16,401 nt of DNA from a virus (IMGVR_UViG_3300029450_000074), one strand, 5' to 3'; numbered from the stretch's first letter, positions 7,805 to 16,401 are shown. Made by a program: numbers and translations. The notes: a model not told the origin generated them from the letters alone.

Positions 7805-8038
7805 TTAATGCAGCCAGCTGTCGTCTTCCCACACCTTCTGCATAATTTTCATCACTTGCTTCCTTTCTTCGTCCAGTTGCAGTCCGGTCAGTTCCACACC
7901 GTTAGAGCTACCTTTGCGAATGCGAATTACCGTTTTGGGATACAGGGGGCGCAGATTGCGGTAAAGCTCGGATTCAAGGGCGTCCAGGGTAGACTGGCTA
8001 ATCTTCTGCTCTTTATCGATCATTATTTCAATGCGCAT
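7805..8038 (-). CDS. DinI-like protein (Tum-type antirepressor C-terminal domain / DinI family)
   Basis: 77-aa product MRIEIMIDKEQKISQSTLDALESELYRNLRPLYPKTVIRIRKGSSNGVELTGLQLDEERKQVMKIMQKVWEDDSWLH resembles E. coli DinI as I recall it (MRIEV...DALAGEL...ETWESADDW). ATG at 8036-8038 with GAGGTG 6 nt upstream; a TGA at 8114-8116 blocks the longer track ORF. Confidence 0.6.
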   Translation of the reverse strand: MRIEIMIDKEQKISQSTLDALESELYRNLRPLYPKTVIRIRKGSSNGVELTGLQLDEERKQVMKIMQKVWEDDSWLH

Positions 8039-8048
8039 AAAAGTCACC

Positions 8049-8240
8049 TCAGCTGATGACATCCATTGAGCGGTTGTATTCGTGGGTTCTGATTTTTGCC
8101 ATGAGTTCATCTGTCAGTTCAGNNNNNNNNNNCTGCAGGGCCAGCCCCTTCTCTTCATCACTACACTCACTAGCCGCTACAAGCTTAAGAAAAAAATCAA
8201 TGCGCTGGAGCTTCAAAGACTCCAAAAAATAGTCCTGCAT
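8049..8240 (-). CDS. Small ORF preceding the DinI-like gene (possible N-terminal part of a Tum-like protein); interrupted by N-run 8123-8132
   Basis: ATG at 8238-8240 with a strong AGGAGG SD; sits about 45 nt downstream of a LexA box. Combined length with the DinI-like ORF is about 145 aa; 186 Tum is about 146 aa (from memory). Confidence 0.4.
   Translation of the reverse strand: MQDYFLESLKLQRIDFFLKLVAASECSDEEKGLALQXXXXELTDELMAKIRTHEYNRSMDVIS
8123..8132. other. N-run (10 nt) inside the tum-like small ORF
   Basis: Literal n characters in the sequence. Confidence 1.
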
Positions 8241-8281
8241 CTTTCCTCCTATGACACCACAAGCAATACTGTACGCATAAC

Positions 8282-8301
8282 CACTGTTTATATTTACAGT
8301 A
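8282..8301 (-). promoter_or_regulatory. LexA (SOS) operator upstream of the tum-like operon
   Basis: cACTGTtTATATtTACAGTA with CTGT-N8-ACAG at 8284-8299, a close match to the LexA box consensus TACTGTATATATATACAGTA. Flanked by AT-rich promoter-like sequence; -10/-35 not resolved. Confidence 0.6.
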
Positions 8302-8393
8302 TATAATAATCTTACTGATGTAAAACGTTTTTTTACGTTCATCAGCCTGATATACCTGGTATTATTAAGAGCACGAATTGTTAACCCGCGTAA

Positions 8394-10771
8394 TTAATAC
8401 AGGTTCCGCCACTTATCATCTTCCTGCAAACGCTGGTTCCGATAGAAAATACGCAGGCCTGCTCCTGACGGAATGCTGCCGCCGCGAAGGAGTAAATCGA
8501 CCTCTTTCTCGCTGCCATCAAATCCTCTGGACTTCAGTTCATAGACGAGCTGCTGTCGCTGATGATCTGTAATTCGCTGTTTGTAGTCTCTACGCCGTTT
8601 CGGTTTCACCAGGCGTAACCTTGCAGCCAGTTCCCGGCGCTCTTTTTTGTTCATATTGTGCAGGTAATCGTGCAATTCCTTGTCATCCATGCGGGTGATA
8701 TCCGTTCTGGTATCCCCATCAGCTGATTTGTCTTTCCCTTGTTGGTACAAATTTTCAGCAAGGGGACAGTTATTGCCACGAGTCCAAGGGGCGCAAGCGC
8801 CCTGATCGGCTGCCGCCTCCTGAACGTCAACGGCCTTACGAACCATTTTCCACTTCACTGCATGAGTGCAGATCTTGCCCTCTGCAATGGGTGACCAGAT
8901 GCCATAAATACGAATACCGTGATCGCCATAGGCGGTTGGCTCTTCGTTGATTTCATAAGCGGTTCTGATGAGGTGATATTTGCGGGGAACCAGTACGCCG
9001 CCCTGCTTCATGATGTAGGTGGCAAAACAACCAGCATCAGCAGCAGCCAGAATGGCATCAAGACGCGGGTTATCCAGTACCGGCGCACCTGCTTTTTTGT
9101 CACCCTGTTGCCTTGCCGCCTGACCAGCCAGCAAGCGAAGTTCACGGTAAGCCTGACGTCCCGGAATACCAAAGAAGCGGAATTGCTGAACACGATGCAG
9201 AGACGCCCAGGCATTAACGTATTCAGCGTTATCACGCAGGGATTTACCCGTTTCCTTGCTGATCTCGCCAGCCAGACCACGCCCGTCAATGTTCTTACTG
9301 ATGTATTTCGCGATGTAGCTTGTCGGCGTTCCTTTGCGCGGGTTTATCAGCTCAGATTTAAAGCGTGGACCAGTGTTATTACCCAGTTCCTCGCGGTCTT
9401 CACGGATGGCAAACTTACGCAACAATGCAGTAATGGCGCGGCGGTCTTTTTTGCGCATGAAACACAACAGGTGCCAGTGAACTGTACCGTCATGATGCGG
9501 CTCAGCCACCCGCACGCCATACCAGCGCAACTCGGCTTTGTGCATCGCCTTACGAAATGCAGCAAACATGCCGACCAGATAATCGCTGCTTTGTCTTACC
9601 GTCGCATTTGTCCAGGTTGGGTTTGGTCTGCCGTTATTGAGCGTGGAATGGAAACGTGACGGACAGGTAATGGTGTAGAAAACGGCGCAGTCACCGCGCA
9701 TTTCCGCGATAAGCTCCAGACCTTTAACACAGGCCATCATCTCATTGCGGCGGTGCGCCGGGTTGCTGCTGCTGGCGTTTACCACGTCTTCCATNNNNNN
9801 NNNNNNNNNNNNNCCTCTTCGTTCACCAGTTCATGAGAACGGAAAAACTCCAGTGACTTGCGGCGCTGCTCACGTTTATGCATCACGGCTTCATAGCTGA
9901 CATAGGGAGATGCTTTTTTGCTGACCAGGCAGACAGCACGCAACTGCTCTTCCCGCCATTCGCAACGCATCTTCCATAATTTCCGGTACCACCAGTCAGC
10001 GCACAACATACGCGCCAGCGAACCCGGAATGAGTTCATAGGGCACGGGTTTACGGCGGTTTCTTTTCCGGCGGAGTTGCTCAAACGCAGGCGGGATGACA
10101 TCCAGACGCAGGGTTTCCGCTGCCACCTTTTCCCATGTCTTGCGGATTTCTTCTGGCTTAACGTCATCGGTGACATACAAATCGCCACAAGCTGCATCAA
10201 GGCACATGCTCATATGCGCAGCTACCAGGGTGGACAGGCGTTTCACCTGATCCTGACTCATTTCAGGCAGGATCAGCAGGCCGTCCAGCCCTACATGGCT
10301 TGCCATAAAGCGAAAAGAAGTGGATAGCTGACAGTCGCGTACATGCTCCAGCCGTTCCAGACATGGCTTAATCGTCTCACGCAAATAGCGGGAATAAGCC
10401 TTTGGCCTGCCCAGGCTGCTGAAGTATTCAATACGTTGCATCAGTGGCTTGCTGATATGGGAAGGCTGGGCATTGACGTCCGCCAGAATGACCATATCTG
10501 GATTAAAACGCTGCTGCTCATGCGCCAGCTTTGCCCGACTAATGAGCTTATCCTGCTCCATTTCGCGCTGGACAGGATCACGGGATTCATTAAAGAAATA
10601 ACGCTCCCAGACCTGATCACTCAGTGCCTCGCGGCGCAGCTGTTCCTGCTCGTTATCGGCAGCGTACAGAGCGATCAGGTTTGAAAGCGCAGAAACTGAA
10701 GATTGCTCTTCTGTCTCTACGTAAGGATTGATTGCTTTTTTCTCAGCATTCCAGGAATAGCTGTAGTTCAT
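8394..10771 (-). CDS. A: Replication initiation protein, P2 gpA family (HUH rolling-circle endonuclease); reading frame interrupted at N-run 9795-9813
   Basis: Two adjacent minus-strand track ORFs (9779-10822 and 8394-9794). The downstream part carries HUH motif [10 protein letters not shown] and tandem-tyrosine motif YIAKYISK. Likely start is ATG 10771 (GGAGA SD) rather than the TTG at 10822. The two parts are in different frames across the 19-nt N-run. Confidence 0.75.
9795..9813. other. N-run (19 nt) inside replication gene A
   Basis: Literal n characters in the sequence. Confidence 1.
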
Positions 10772-10849
10772 TACGCAATCTCCAGTTCGAGCTGTGAAGG
10801 CTGCAAACCATTCGACAGCCAATCAGAAACTGAAGGTGGGCGAACAGCT

Positions 10850-11608
10850 TCAATTGCACCTTTTAAAATTGCGCAACGGTTTTTCAGAATGACAGCTTTC
10901 AGCTCCTTTTCCGTCANNNNNNNNNNNNNNNNNNNNNTCAGCCTCCTGAATAGCCCGCGTCAGCTCAGGATATTTGCTATTAAATTTGGGGACATTGCAG
11001 GCAAGATTTGTACTGTCGGCAGTCGCCAGTGGGTAATTTCCCAACACACGACCGTCAAGCATGCGCAAACCATGAACAGCTGTTTTGAAATTGTGTCGGC
11101 AATAAATTGCTTCAAAAGCGTCCTGCATACGACGATGCCAGTGCGCAGTTCTGATAGCCGCATATTCACCAGACGATCCAAAGCAGACACGAGGCCATTC
11201 ACGACATAGCTCGATAAGCCGATCGATTGACTCGTGCAGATGCCAGACGGGAGTTGCCTTCCCGTAGAACATTTTCGGAACTTCGTTTATCAGGGCATCA
11301 TTGTCACGTTCACCTCCGTCCACAACATCAGGAATGACAAAAAAAGCGACCTTAGGATGGTGGTAATAGTTCAGGAGCCATTTATAAAAATCACTCCAGT
11401 TAATTTTTAGCCCACGCACCCATGCAGAAAATGCGCCGTTATCAATGCCGACGACCTGAGCGTGCTGAATGGACGCCGCAATCTGATCTGGTCGTACATA
11501 GGAGACGAAAGCGCCAGCTCCGCTCACCGCAATACGATGAACGTCGCCAGCACTTCCCCAGACAGGCGTCCCATGGAAATGATGAATTCCGTGGTGCATT
11601 TCTTTCAC
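10850..11608 (-). CDS. Hypothetical 252-aa protein translationally coupled to the Dam methyltransferase; family unassigned
   Basis: Start (GTG 11606-11608 or ATG 11597-11599) overlaps or abuts the Dam stop (TGA 11605-11607). Motifs GIDNGAFSAW and VIPDVVDGG have a weak, unverified resemblance to TGT/DpdA-type signatures; no zinc-binding Cys cluster. N-run 10917-10937 lies near the C-terminus. Confidence 0.45.
   Translation of the reverse strand: MKEMHHGIHHFHGTPVWGSAGDVHRIAVSGAGAFVSYVRPDQIAASIQHAQVVGIDNGAFSAWVRGLKINWSDFYKWLLNYYHHPKVAFFVIPDVVDGGERDNDALINEVPKMFYGKATPVWHLHESIDRLIELCREWPRVCFGSSGEYAAIRTAHWHRRMQDAFEAIYCRHNFKTAVHGLRMLDGRVLGNYPLATADSTNLACNVPKFNSKYPELTRAIQEAXXXXXXXXDGKGAESCHSEKPLRNFKRCN
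10917..10937. other. N-run (21 nt) inside the Dam-coupled 252-aa ORF
   Basis: Literal n characters in the sequence. Confidence 1.
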
Positions 11609-12459
11609 ACTTGCACCCCGAAAATAACAGTAGAGTCACGTCCCCTACTAAAATCGGCACTAAACCAATTAGCAGATTTAGTGGCAATCATCTCTGTTGC
11701 AAATTTTCCCTCCCCCGCTGCAACGCCGATGCTGCGTTTCGCCCTGATGTAGTGGTGAGTGAAATTACGATAAAGGGACCGGGTCAAAGACGTGTTACTG
11801 TTAGAAACAATGACCGGATGTCCTTCTGATGACCGATGTTCAAGAATGGATGCCAGGTGATACTGATCATCTTCAGTGAAACCATCAGTGTGATAGCCGG
11901 AAAACGTACCGTCATAAGGCGGATCGCAATACACCACATCCCCCACCTTCAACATCGCCAGCGTTTCATCAAAGCTGGCGCAGATAAACGTTGCCCGCTG
12001 GGCTTTCTCTGCAAATGCGCGAATTTCTTTTTCAGGGAAATACGGATTTTTATAATTACCGTAGGGAATGTTGAAATGCCCGCTCTTGTTATAGCGACAT
12101 AAACCACGGTAACCGTGACGATTGAGATACAGGAAATATACCGCTTTCATGAAATCAGTAATTTCAGTGGAGTAATTAAACTCCTGCCTTATGTTGTAAT
12201 AAGCCACCTCCCTGTTTGCTTCCTCAAATAAAGCTCTGGCACGAGATATAAACGCCTCACAATCAGCAGCAACCTTTTTATAGAGGTTGATTAAATCAGG
12301 ATTAATATCCGCAACAAGATAGCTGGGGTAATCCGTCTCCATCATCACTGCACAGGAACCCGCGAAAGGTTCAACCAGTCGCGGGCCAGCAGGAAGATGC
12401 TTTTTCAGTTCGGACATTATGGCGGTTTTATTTCCTGCCCATTTCAGGATGGTGCTCAT
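11605..12459 (-). CDS. DNA adenine methyltransferase (Dam / D12-class N6-adenine MTase)
   Basis: N-terminus [23 protein letters not shown] resembles the Dam N-terminus; AdoMet motif EPFAGSCAV and catalytic DPPY ([10 protein letters not shown]) present. ATG at 12457-12459 with GGAGGT 6 nt upstream, overlapping the upstream zinc-finger gene stop. Confidence 0.85.
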   Translation of the reverse strand: MSTILKWAGNKTAIMSELKKHLPAGPRLVEPFAGSCAVMMETDYPSYLVADINPDLINLYKKVAADCEAFISRARALFEEANREVAYYNIRQEFNYSTEITDFMKAVYFLYLNRHGYRGLCRYNKSGHFNIPYGNYKNPYFPEKEIRAFAEKAQRATFICASFDETLAMLKVGDVVYCDPPYDGTFSGYHTDGFTEDDQYHLASILEHRSSEGHPVIVSNSNTSLTRSLYRNFTHHYIRAKRSIGVAAGEGKFATEMIATKSANWFSADFSRGRDSTVIFGVQV

Positions 12460-12683
12460 ACAGCACCTCCGTTGTAATGTTTGCCTTTCAGCTCTGCGAT
12501 TTCCTGACAGGTAATGCAAAGCTGCACACCCGGAATGGCACGGCGGCGTGCTGGCGGAATTGGCGCTTCACACTCAACGCAAAGCACGCGGGACACGCCC
12601 GGCGTTTTGGCACGGGCAGCACGGATATGGCGTTGGCGTTCTTCTTCAACGCGCTGCTGTACGAGATCCATTGCATCAGCCAT
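12456..12683 (-). CDS. TraR/DksA-family C4 zinc-finger protein (P2 orf82-like)
   Basis: 75-aa ORF with CVEC...CITC (CxxC-N17-CxxC); ATG at 12681-12683 overlaps the upstream ORF stop. Confidence 0.7.
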   Translation of the reverse strand: MADAMDLVQQRVEEERQRHIRAARAKTPGVSRVLCVECEAPIPPARRRAIPGVQLCITCQEIAELKGKHYNGGAV

Positions 12684-12916
12684 CAGTGGATCTCCTGCGC
12701 TTCGTTCTGGATTGCTTCAGCAGTCACACGCAGCAGTTCTGCCGCTTCGACGTGGTTTAGCTGGCGGGAGGTGATATGACACGCCAGGCTATCGAGGCGA
12801 GCAGCCATTGCTTCAGCCCTTGCCCGGCGTTCTTCCAGACGAGCCTCTGTCAGTAAAAGATTAAGACCTGCATCATCCGGTCCGGTTTTGGTCGTGAGGG
12901 TTTCAATATTACGCAT
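12683..12916 (-). CDS. Small hypothetical early protein (P2 orf81-like position)
   Basis: 77-aa ORF from ATG 12914-12916 (track start was a TTG 2 codons upstream); AGGAG 8 nt upstream; stop overlaps the next gene start. Confidence 0.5.
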   Translation of the reverse strand: MRNIETLTTKTGPDDAGLNLLLTEARLEERRARAEAMAARLDSLACHITSRQLNHVEAAELLRVTAEAIQNEAQEIH

Positions 12917-12983
12917 AAGCAATTCTCCTGAATTTAGATAAAGGGATGCCCGGCGGGTTTACGCCATTAATTTCATTAGTTGG

Positions 12984-13325
12984 TTAATTCGGCATGGTTA
13001 GCCGTCTGGGAAATAAGCTCACCACTGCACGAAAATGATTCATTGCTTTAATCAACTCCCGCTTTTCGTCAGTGGTCAGCTCATTAATGCTGATGCTATG
13101 ACGTTCAGCTGGAATTTTTGCCATAAAGAATATGGCAGCCAGTGCCCGTTTATTTTGTTCATTATTGATATCCCGAGGATCACGCATATCTTTAATAAAC
13201 CGCTCAAGCTCTGACTCAATATTCAAACCAAAAACTTTCGCCCTTAACTCCGCAATATGATTAAGTCCATTCAGGCGTTCACCGGGTCTTAATGGAACAG
13301 TCGCCGCAGCGCCTTCAATAGCCAT
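12984..13325 (-). CDS. Hypothetical early protein (113 aa)
   Basis: ATG at 13323-13325 with GGGGGA SD; same strand and operon context as the early genes; no motif recognised. Confidence 0.5.
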   Translation of the reverse strand: MAIEGAAATVPLRPGERLNGLNHIAELRAKVFGLNIESELERFIKDMRDPRDINNEQNKRALAAIFFMAKIPAERHSISINELTTDEKRELIKAMNHFRAVVSLFPRRLTMPN

Positions 13326-13489
13326 TTGTTCCCCCGTTTTTTCGTAGATAGTTCTGCCAGCAATTCATCTTGTGAACGGCACGGATGCCAGCGTTTACCA
13401 TCCTCACCCATGATCCAGCCGTGACCGTAGTGCATTGCCGGACTTTGTTTTACCAGCAGCGATGCAAATGATGGTTCTTTCGTCAGCAT
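13289..13489 (-). CDS. Small hypothetical protein (66 aa) directly downstream of CII
   Basis: ATG at 13487-13489 with GAGGTG SD that overlaps the CII stop codon; overlaps the next ORF by 37 nt. Confidence 0.4.
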   Translation of the reverse strand: MLTKEPSFASLLVKQSPAMHYGHGWIMGEDGKRWHPCRSQDELLAELSTKKRGNKWLLKALRRLFH

Positions 13490-13496
13490 AAGCACC

Positions 13497-14006
13497 TCAC
13501 AGCAAACCGAATGAAGCACCGAGGCCAGTCACGGTATCAACTGCACTCGCCATCGCAGGATTAGCCTGTAAACGGGCCTGCAATGAAACAGCAGCCAGCG
13601 CCATCAGTCGTGTAACAGAGTTAATGCTGCTGATCGCATCACGACGGCCTGCACTGGTTTTTACATCGCCAGAAACCGCACCTGCCGCGACACGCCCTAT
13701 CTCTGCAGTTGCACTCATGACGTAATGCGGCAGTTTCTCTTTTGCCACCTCATTAATCGGTACACATGGCAGGCAGTGAATCTGTGCCAGAAAGCCATCT
13801 ACCAGCGTTGAATCTTCAGTAAGATCGGTAAGCAACCAGATTTCTGGTGCGGTTAATAAATGAGGTTGAGCTGGGTTCAGCTTGTTCCGCAGAATCTGCA
13901 CATTCATGCCTGCACGTTCTGCCAGTTGCACTAGGTTGTGGCGCAATGCGAATGCACGACAGGCTTCATCAAAATGTGGATGTTTGGAAACTTGGTAATC
14001 AAACAT
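13497..14006 (-). CDS. cII: Phage regulatory protein CII (186 CII-like)
   Basis: 169 aa from ATG 14004-14006; N-terminus [24 protein letters not shown] matches what I recall of 186 CII (169 aa); second gene of the lytic operon. Confidence 0.7.
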   Translation of the reverse strand: MFDYQVSKHPHFDEACRAFALRHNLVQLAERAGMNVQILRNKLNPAQPHLLTAPEIWLLTDLTEDSTLVDGFLAQIHCLPCVPINEVAKEKLPHYVMSATAEIGRVAAGAVSGDVKTSAGRRDAISSINSVTRLMALAAVSLQARLQANPAMASAVDTVTGLGASFGLL

Positions 14007-14038
14007 GGTCAATGCCTCTGATGTATTTCAGAATCGAA

Positions 14039-14260
14039 CTAATTAAGGTTTAGATTGCATTCTGAAAGCGCATCAACGGTCATGGCTGCTATGTTGATCA
14101 TCACTTTTTCACGTTTTTTATCTTTGCGCAGACGGTGACGGATAAGGCGTCCGTCAGCCAACATGTCATTGATGGTATCGATGGACAGCCCTGTCAGCTC
14201 GCTATAGCGTTCAATAGTCACATGAGGCGTGGTAAGAGTGATTGAAATGTTAGGTCTCAT
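14039..14260 (-). CDS. Apl/Cox-like small HTH regulator (excisionase/lytic-operon repressor position)
   Basis: 73-aa first gene of the leftward operon diverging from the repressor gene; HTH-like segment [25 protein letters not shown]. Confidence 0.55.
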   Translation of the reverse strand: MRPNISITLTTPHVTIERYSELTGLSIDTINDMLADGRLIRHRLRKDKKREKVMINIAAMTVDALSECNLNLN

Positions 14261-14385
14261 GATGCAACATTCCTCGTTTAATGATGATTAATCAGGACGA
14301 ATACGGATCGTTTGTATTTTGTGAACACCATAAACATACGATCGCACAGTGAAATCGTCAAGATAAAAGTTCACTTGGAGTGACC
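14261..14385. promoter_or_regulatory. Lysogeny/lysis switch region; candidate leftward lytic promoter
   Basis: On the minus strand: -35 TTGACG (plus 14356-14361), 17-nt spacer, -10 TATGTT (plus 14333-14338), reading toward the Apl-like gene. A rightward repressor promoter was not confidently located. Confidence 0.35.
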
Positions 14386-14955
14386 ATGAATTTGGAGAAA
14401 GGCGGACGAGGCGCTATAGAGCGCATGGTAGAAGCTTATGGATTCAAAACTCGACAGGCGTTGTGCGATCATTTAGGAATCTCTAAAAGTACACTCGCCA
14501 CACGCTACATGCGTGACTCATTCCCAGCAGAATGGGTAATCCAGTGCGCCCTTGAAACGGGCACCTCGCTTAATTGGCTCACAACCGGACATGGTTCAAA
14601 GCAAACTTCAGGTAATACAAATACTATGGAAGTTGCTAAATATGTATTATCTGATGGTGCCTTGCGTGAAGACGGTTTTTATATTTTTGATAAGGGATTT
14701 CTACCCTCTACGTTTAAAAAACCTTTTGTCATCACAGATAACAATTCTGAATTTATTTGTGATAAAGAATTTGATGATATACGTGACGGTAAATGGGTAA
14801 TAAGTATTGATGGCGAAATAACAATCCGCGACATTACTCGTTTACCCGGTGGAAGAATCTTCGTTGAAGGTGGAAACAGAGCCTTCGAGTGCAAGATAGA
14901 AGATGTTGAAATAATTGGGAAAATTATAAGTTTAACAATTAAGTACGTTAGGTAA
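14386..14955 (+). CDS. cI: CI-type immunity repressor (186 CI-like, N-terminal HTH)
   Basis: 189 aa from ATG 14386 (GGAG 5 nt upstream; track start 14380 is a GTG). HTH TRQALCDHLGISKSTLATRYMRD. Size fits 186 CI (about 192 aa), not P2 C (99 aa). Confidence 0.7.
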   Translation: MNLEKGGRGAIERMVEAYGFKTRQALCDHLGISKSTLATRYMRDSFPAEWVIQCALETGTSLNWLTTGHGSKQTSGNTNTMEVAKYVLSDGALREDGFYIFDKGFLPSTFKKPFVITDNNSEFICDKEFDDIRDGKWVISIDGEITIRDITRLPGGRIFVEGGNRAFECKIEDVEIIGKIISLTIKYVR

Positions 14956-14970
14956 TACCGGGAGGAAACT

Positions 14971-15162
14971 ATGCTTGGTAAGGTATTTTTTGTGGTTTTA
15001 TCATGCTCTTTGTTATTAAACCCACTAACTACCTATGCTAAAAATTATCCTTGTTCTGGGAAAAAGGGAGGTGTCTCTCACTGTACCTCCGATGGAAAGT
15101 TCGTTTGCAATGATGGAACTATTAGTAAATCAAAAAAAATCTGTACTAAAAACTCGCGATAA
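14971..15162 (+). CDS. Small secreted cysteine-rich peptide (signal peptide plus about 40-aa mature peptide with 4 Cys)
   Basis: Strong SD GGGAGG before ATG 14971; N-terminal [23 protein letters not shown] looks like a Sec signal peptide; mature part [40 protein letters not shown] is basic with 4 cysteines. AT-rich insert between cI and int. Confidence 0.5.
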   Translation: MLGKVFFVVLSCSLLLNPLTTYAKNYPCSGKKGGVSHCTSDGKFVCNDGTISKSKKICTKNSR

Positions 15163-15348
15163 ATTTTGCTTTTATATCTGCGCCTAATATAACAATGAGC
15201 CGCAGGCTAACCGCAAAAGTCACATACTCATATAGCAAAAAATAGCCAACTTCATTATGGCTTCAGTGAGATGTATGGTCGCAGGATTTCATACATTGAC
15301 ACTGGTTATATATACAGCAAAAATGCTCTCTATTGGAGGGCATTTTTT

Positions 15349-16401
15349 ATGGCAGTACGAAAACTCACCACAGGAAAATGGCTTTGCGAATGTTACCCCG
15401 CCGGACGTAGTGGGCGTCGTGTGCGTAAACAATTCGCCACCAAAGGCGAAGCTCTGGCTTTTGAGCGCCATACGATGGAAGAAACCGAAGCAAAGCCCTG
15501 GCTGGGAGAATCAGTGGATCGTCGAACACTGAAAGACGTGGTTGAGCTATGGTTCAAACTACATGGTAAATCTCTAACCGCTGGGCAGCATGTCTATGAT
15601 AAATTGCTGTTGATGGTTGACGCTCTGGGCAATCCCCTTGCAACCGATCTCACCTCTAAAATGTTTGCCCACTATCGAGATAAACGCCTGACAGGTGAGA
15701 TCTACTTCAGCGAGAAATGGAAGAAAGGAGCAAGCCCGGTCACCATTAACCTGGAGCAAAGCTATCTAAGTAGTGTTTTTAGCGAACTATCCCGCCTGGG
15801 CGAATGGTCGTATCCAAACCCACTGGAGAACATGCGAAAATTCACCATCGCAGAAAAAGAGATGGCATGGCTTACCCATGAGCAGATTGTTGAACTGCTG
15901 GCTGATTGCAAACGTCAGGACCCAATTCTGGCACTGGTAGTCAAGATATGCTTAAGCACAGGCGCACGCTGGCGAGAAGCAATAAACCTTACCCGATCAC
16001 AGGTGACTAAATACCGAATTACCTTTGTAAGAACGAAGGGGAAGAAAAACAGAAGCATCCCTATCAGTAAAGAGCTTTATGAAGAGATCATGGCGCTTGA
16101 TGGGTTTAATTTCTTCACAGACTGCTATTTTCAATTTTTATCCGTGATGGAAAAAACGTCAATCGTGCTCCCTCGCGGTCAACTGACACACGTTCTGCGC
16201 CATACGTTTGCGGCGCATTTCATGATGTCGGGTGGAAATATCCTTGCTTTGCAAAAAATCCTCGGACATCACGATATAAAAATGACTATGCGTTACGCTC
16301 ATCTGGCACCGGATCATCTGGAAACGGCGCTCCGTTTCAATCCTCTGGCAACGCTGCCAAGTGGCGACAAAGTGGCGGCAGCGGTTGGCATTACCCCGTA
16401 A
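15349..16401 (+). CDS. int: Tyrosine integrase (P2/186 Int family)
   Basis: ATG 15349 with GGAGGG SD; catalytic residues in GARWREA (Arg), HVLRHTF (His-x-x-Arg) and MTMRYAHL (Tyr). Stop codon TAA is the last 3 bases of the window. Confidence 0.9.
   Translation: MAVRKLTTGKWLCECYPAGRSGRRVRKQFATKGEALAFERHTMEETEAKPWLGESVDRRTLKDVVELWFKLHGKSLTAGQHVYDKLLLMVDALGNPLATDLTSKMFAHYRDKRLTGEIYFSEKWKKGASPVTINLEQSYLSSVFSELSRLGEWSYPNPLENMRKFTIAEKEMAWLTHEQIVELLADCKRQDPILALVVKICLSTGARWREAINLTRSQVTKYRITFVRTKGKKNRSIPISKELYEEIMALDGFNFFTDCYFQFLSVMEKTSIVLPRGQLTHVLRHTFAAHFMMSGGNILALQKILGHHDIKMTMRYAHLAPDHLETALRFNPLATLPSGDKVAAAVGITP

Noticed and set aside
8311-8345. Imperfect hairpin downstream of A (ctgatg...catcag around a T/A7 loop)
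   Set aside because: Short, interrupted stem with the homopolymer in the loop rather than trailing it; not convincing as an intrinsic terminator.
8919-9659. 246-aa plus-strand ORF inside the replication gene
   Set aside because: Antisense to the A homologue, which carries the HUH and tyrosine motifs; treated as spurious.
15257-15532. 91-aa plus-strand ORF overlapping the integrase start, and the long track start of int at 15271
   Set aside because: The alternative frame has no motifs; the integrase is better started at ATG 15349, which has a GGAGGG SD.
1-16401. CRISPR arrays, tRNA/rRNA genes and insertion-sequence terminal repeats
   Set aside because: I saw no regularly spaced direct repeats, no cloverleaf-like conserved tRNA features and no transposase-like ORFs on either strand.

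Overview
This window is a segment of a P2/186-family (Peduovirus-like) temperate prophage of an enterobacterial-type host, in inverted orientation relative to the canonical P2 map, with AT-rich accessory DNA on both sides of a cos-like site. All family assignments are from reading the translations and motifs; no database search was run.

Layout, left to right:
- Head genes: partial major capsid N and scaffold O on the minus strand, diverging from terminase ATPase P and portal Q on the plus strand.
- AT-rich cargo between Q and cos: a 3-TM membrane protein followed by three overlapping polyproline micro-ORFs.
- A cos-like motif near 5596-5616.
- AT-rich cargo between cos and the replication module: a 537-aa ORF with a HEPN-like R-x4-H motif, at the position where P2-like phages carry old/tin and other anti-phage systems. 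This is the strongest candidate for an undescribed defence module.
- A LexA-box-controlled Tum/DinI-like module.
- Replication initiator A (HUH and YxxKY motifs), a Dam-family methyltransferase translationally coupled to an unassigned 252-aa protein, a TraR/DksA zinc-finger protein and small early ORFs.
- A 186-type lysogeny switch (CII, Apl/Cox-like, CI), a small secreted cysteine-rich peptide, and a tyrosine integrase whose stop codon is the last base of the window.

Four N-runs (7513-7534, 8123-8132, 9795-9813, 10917-10937) fall inside genes and limit certainty on frames and starts there. The ORF track uses GTG/TTG starts in places; I moved several starts to the nearest ATG with a Shine-Dalgarno sequence.
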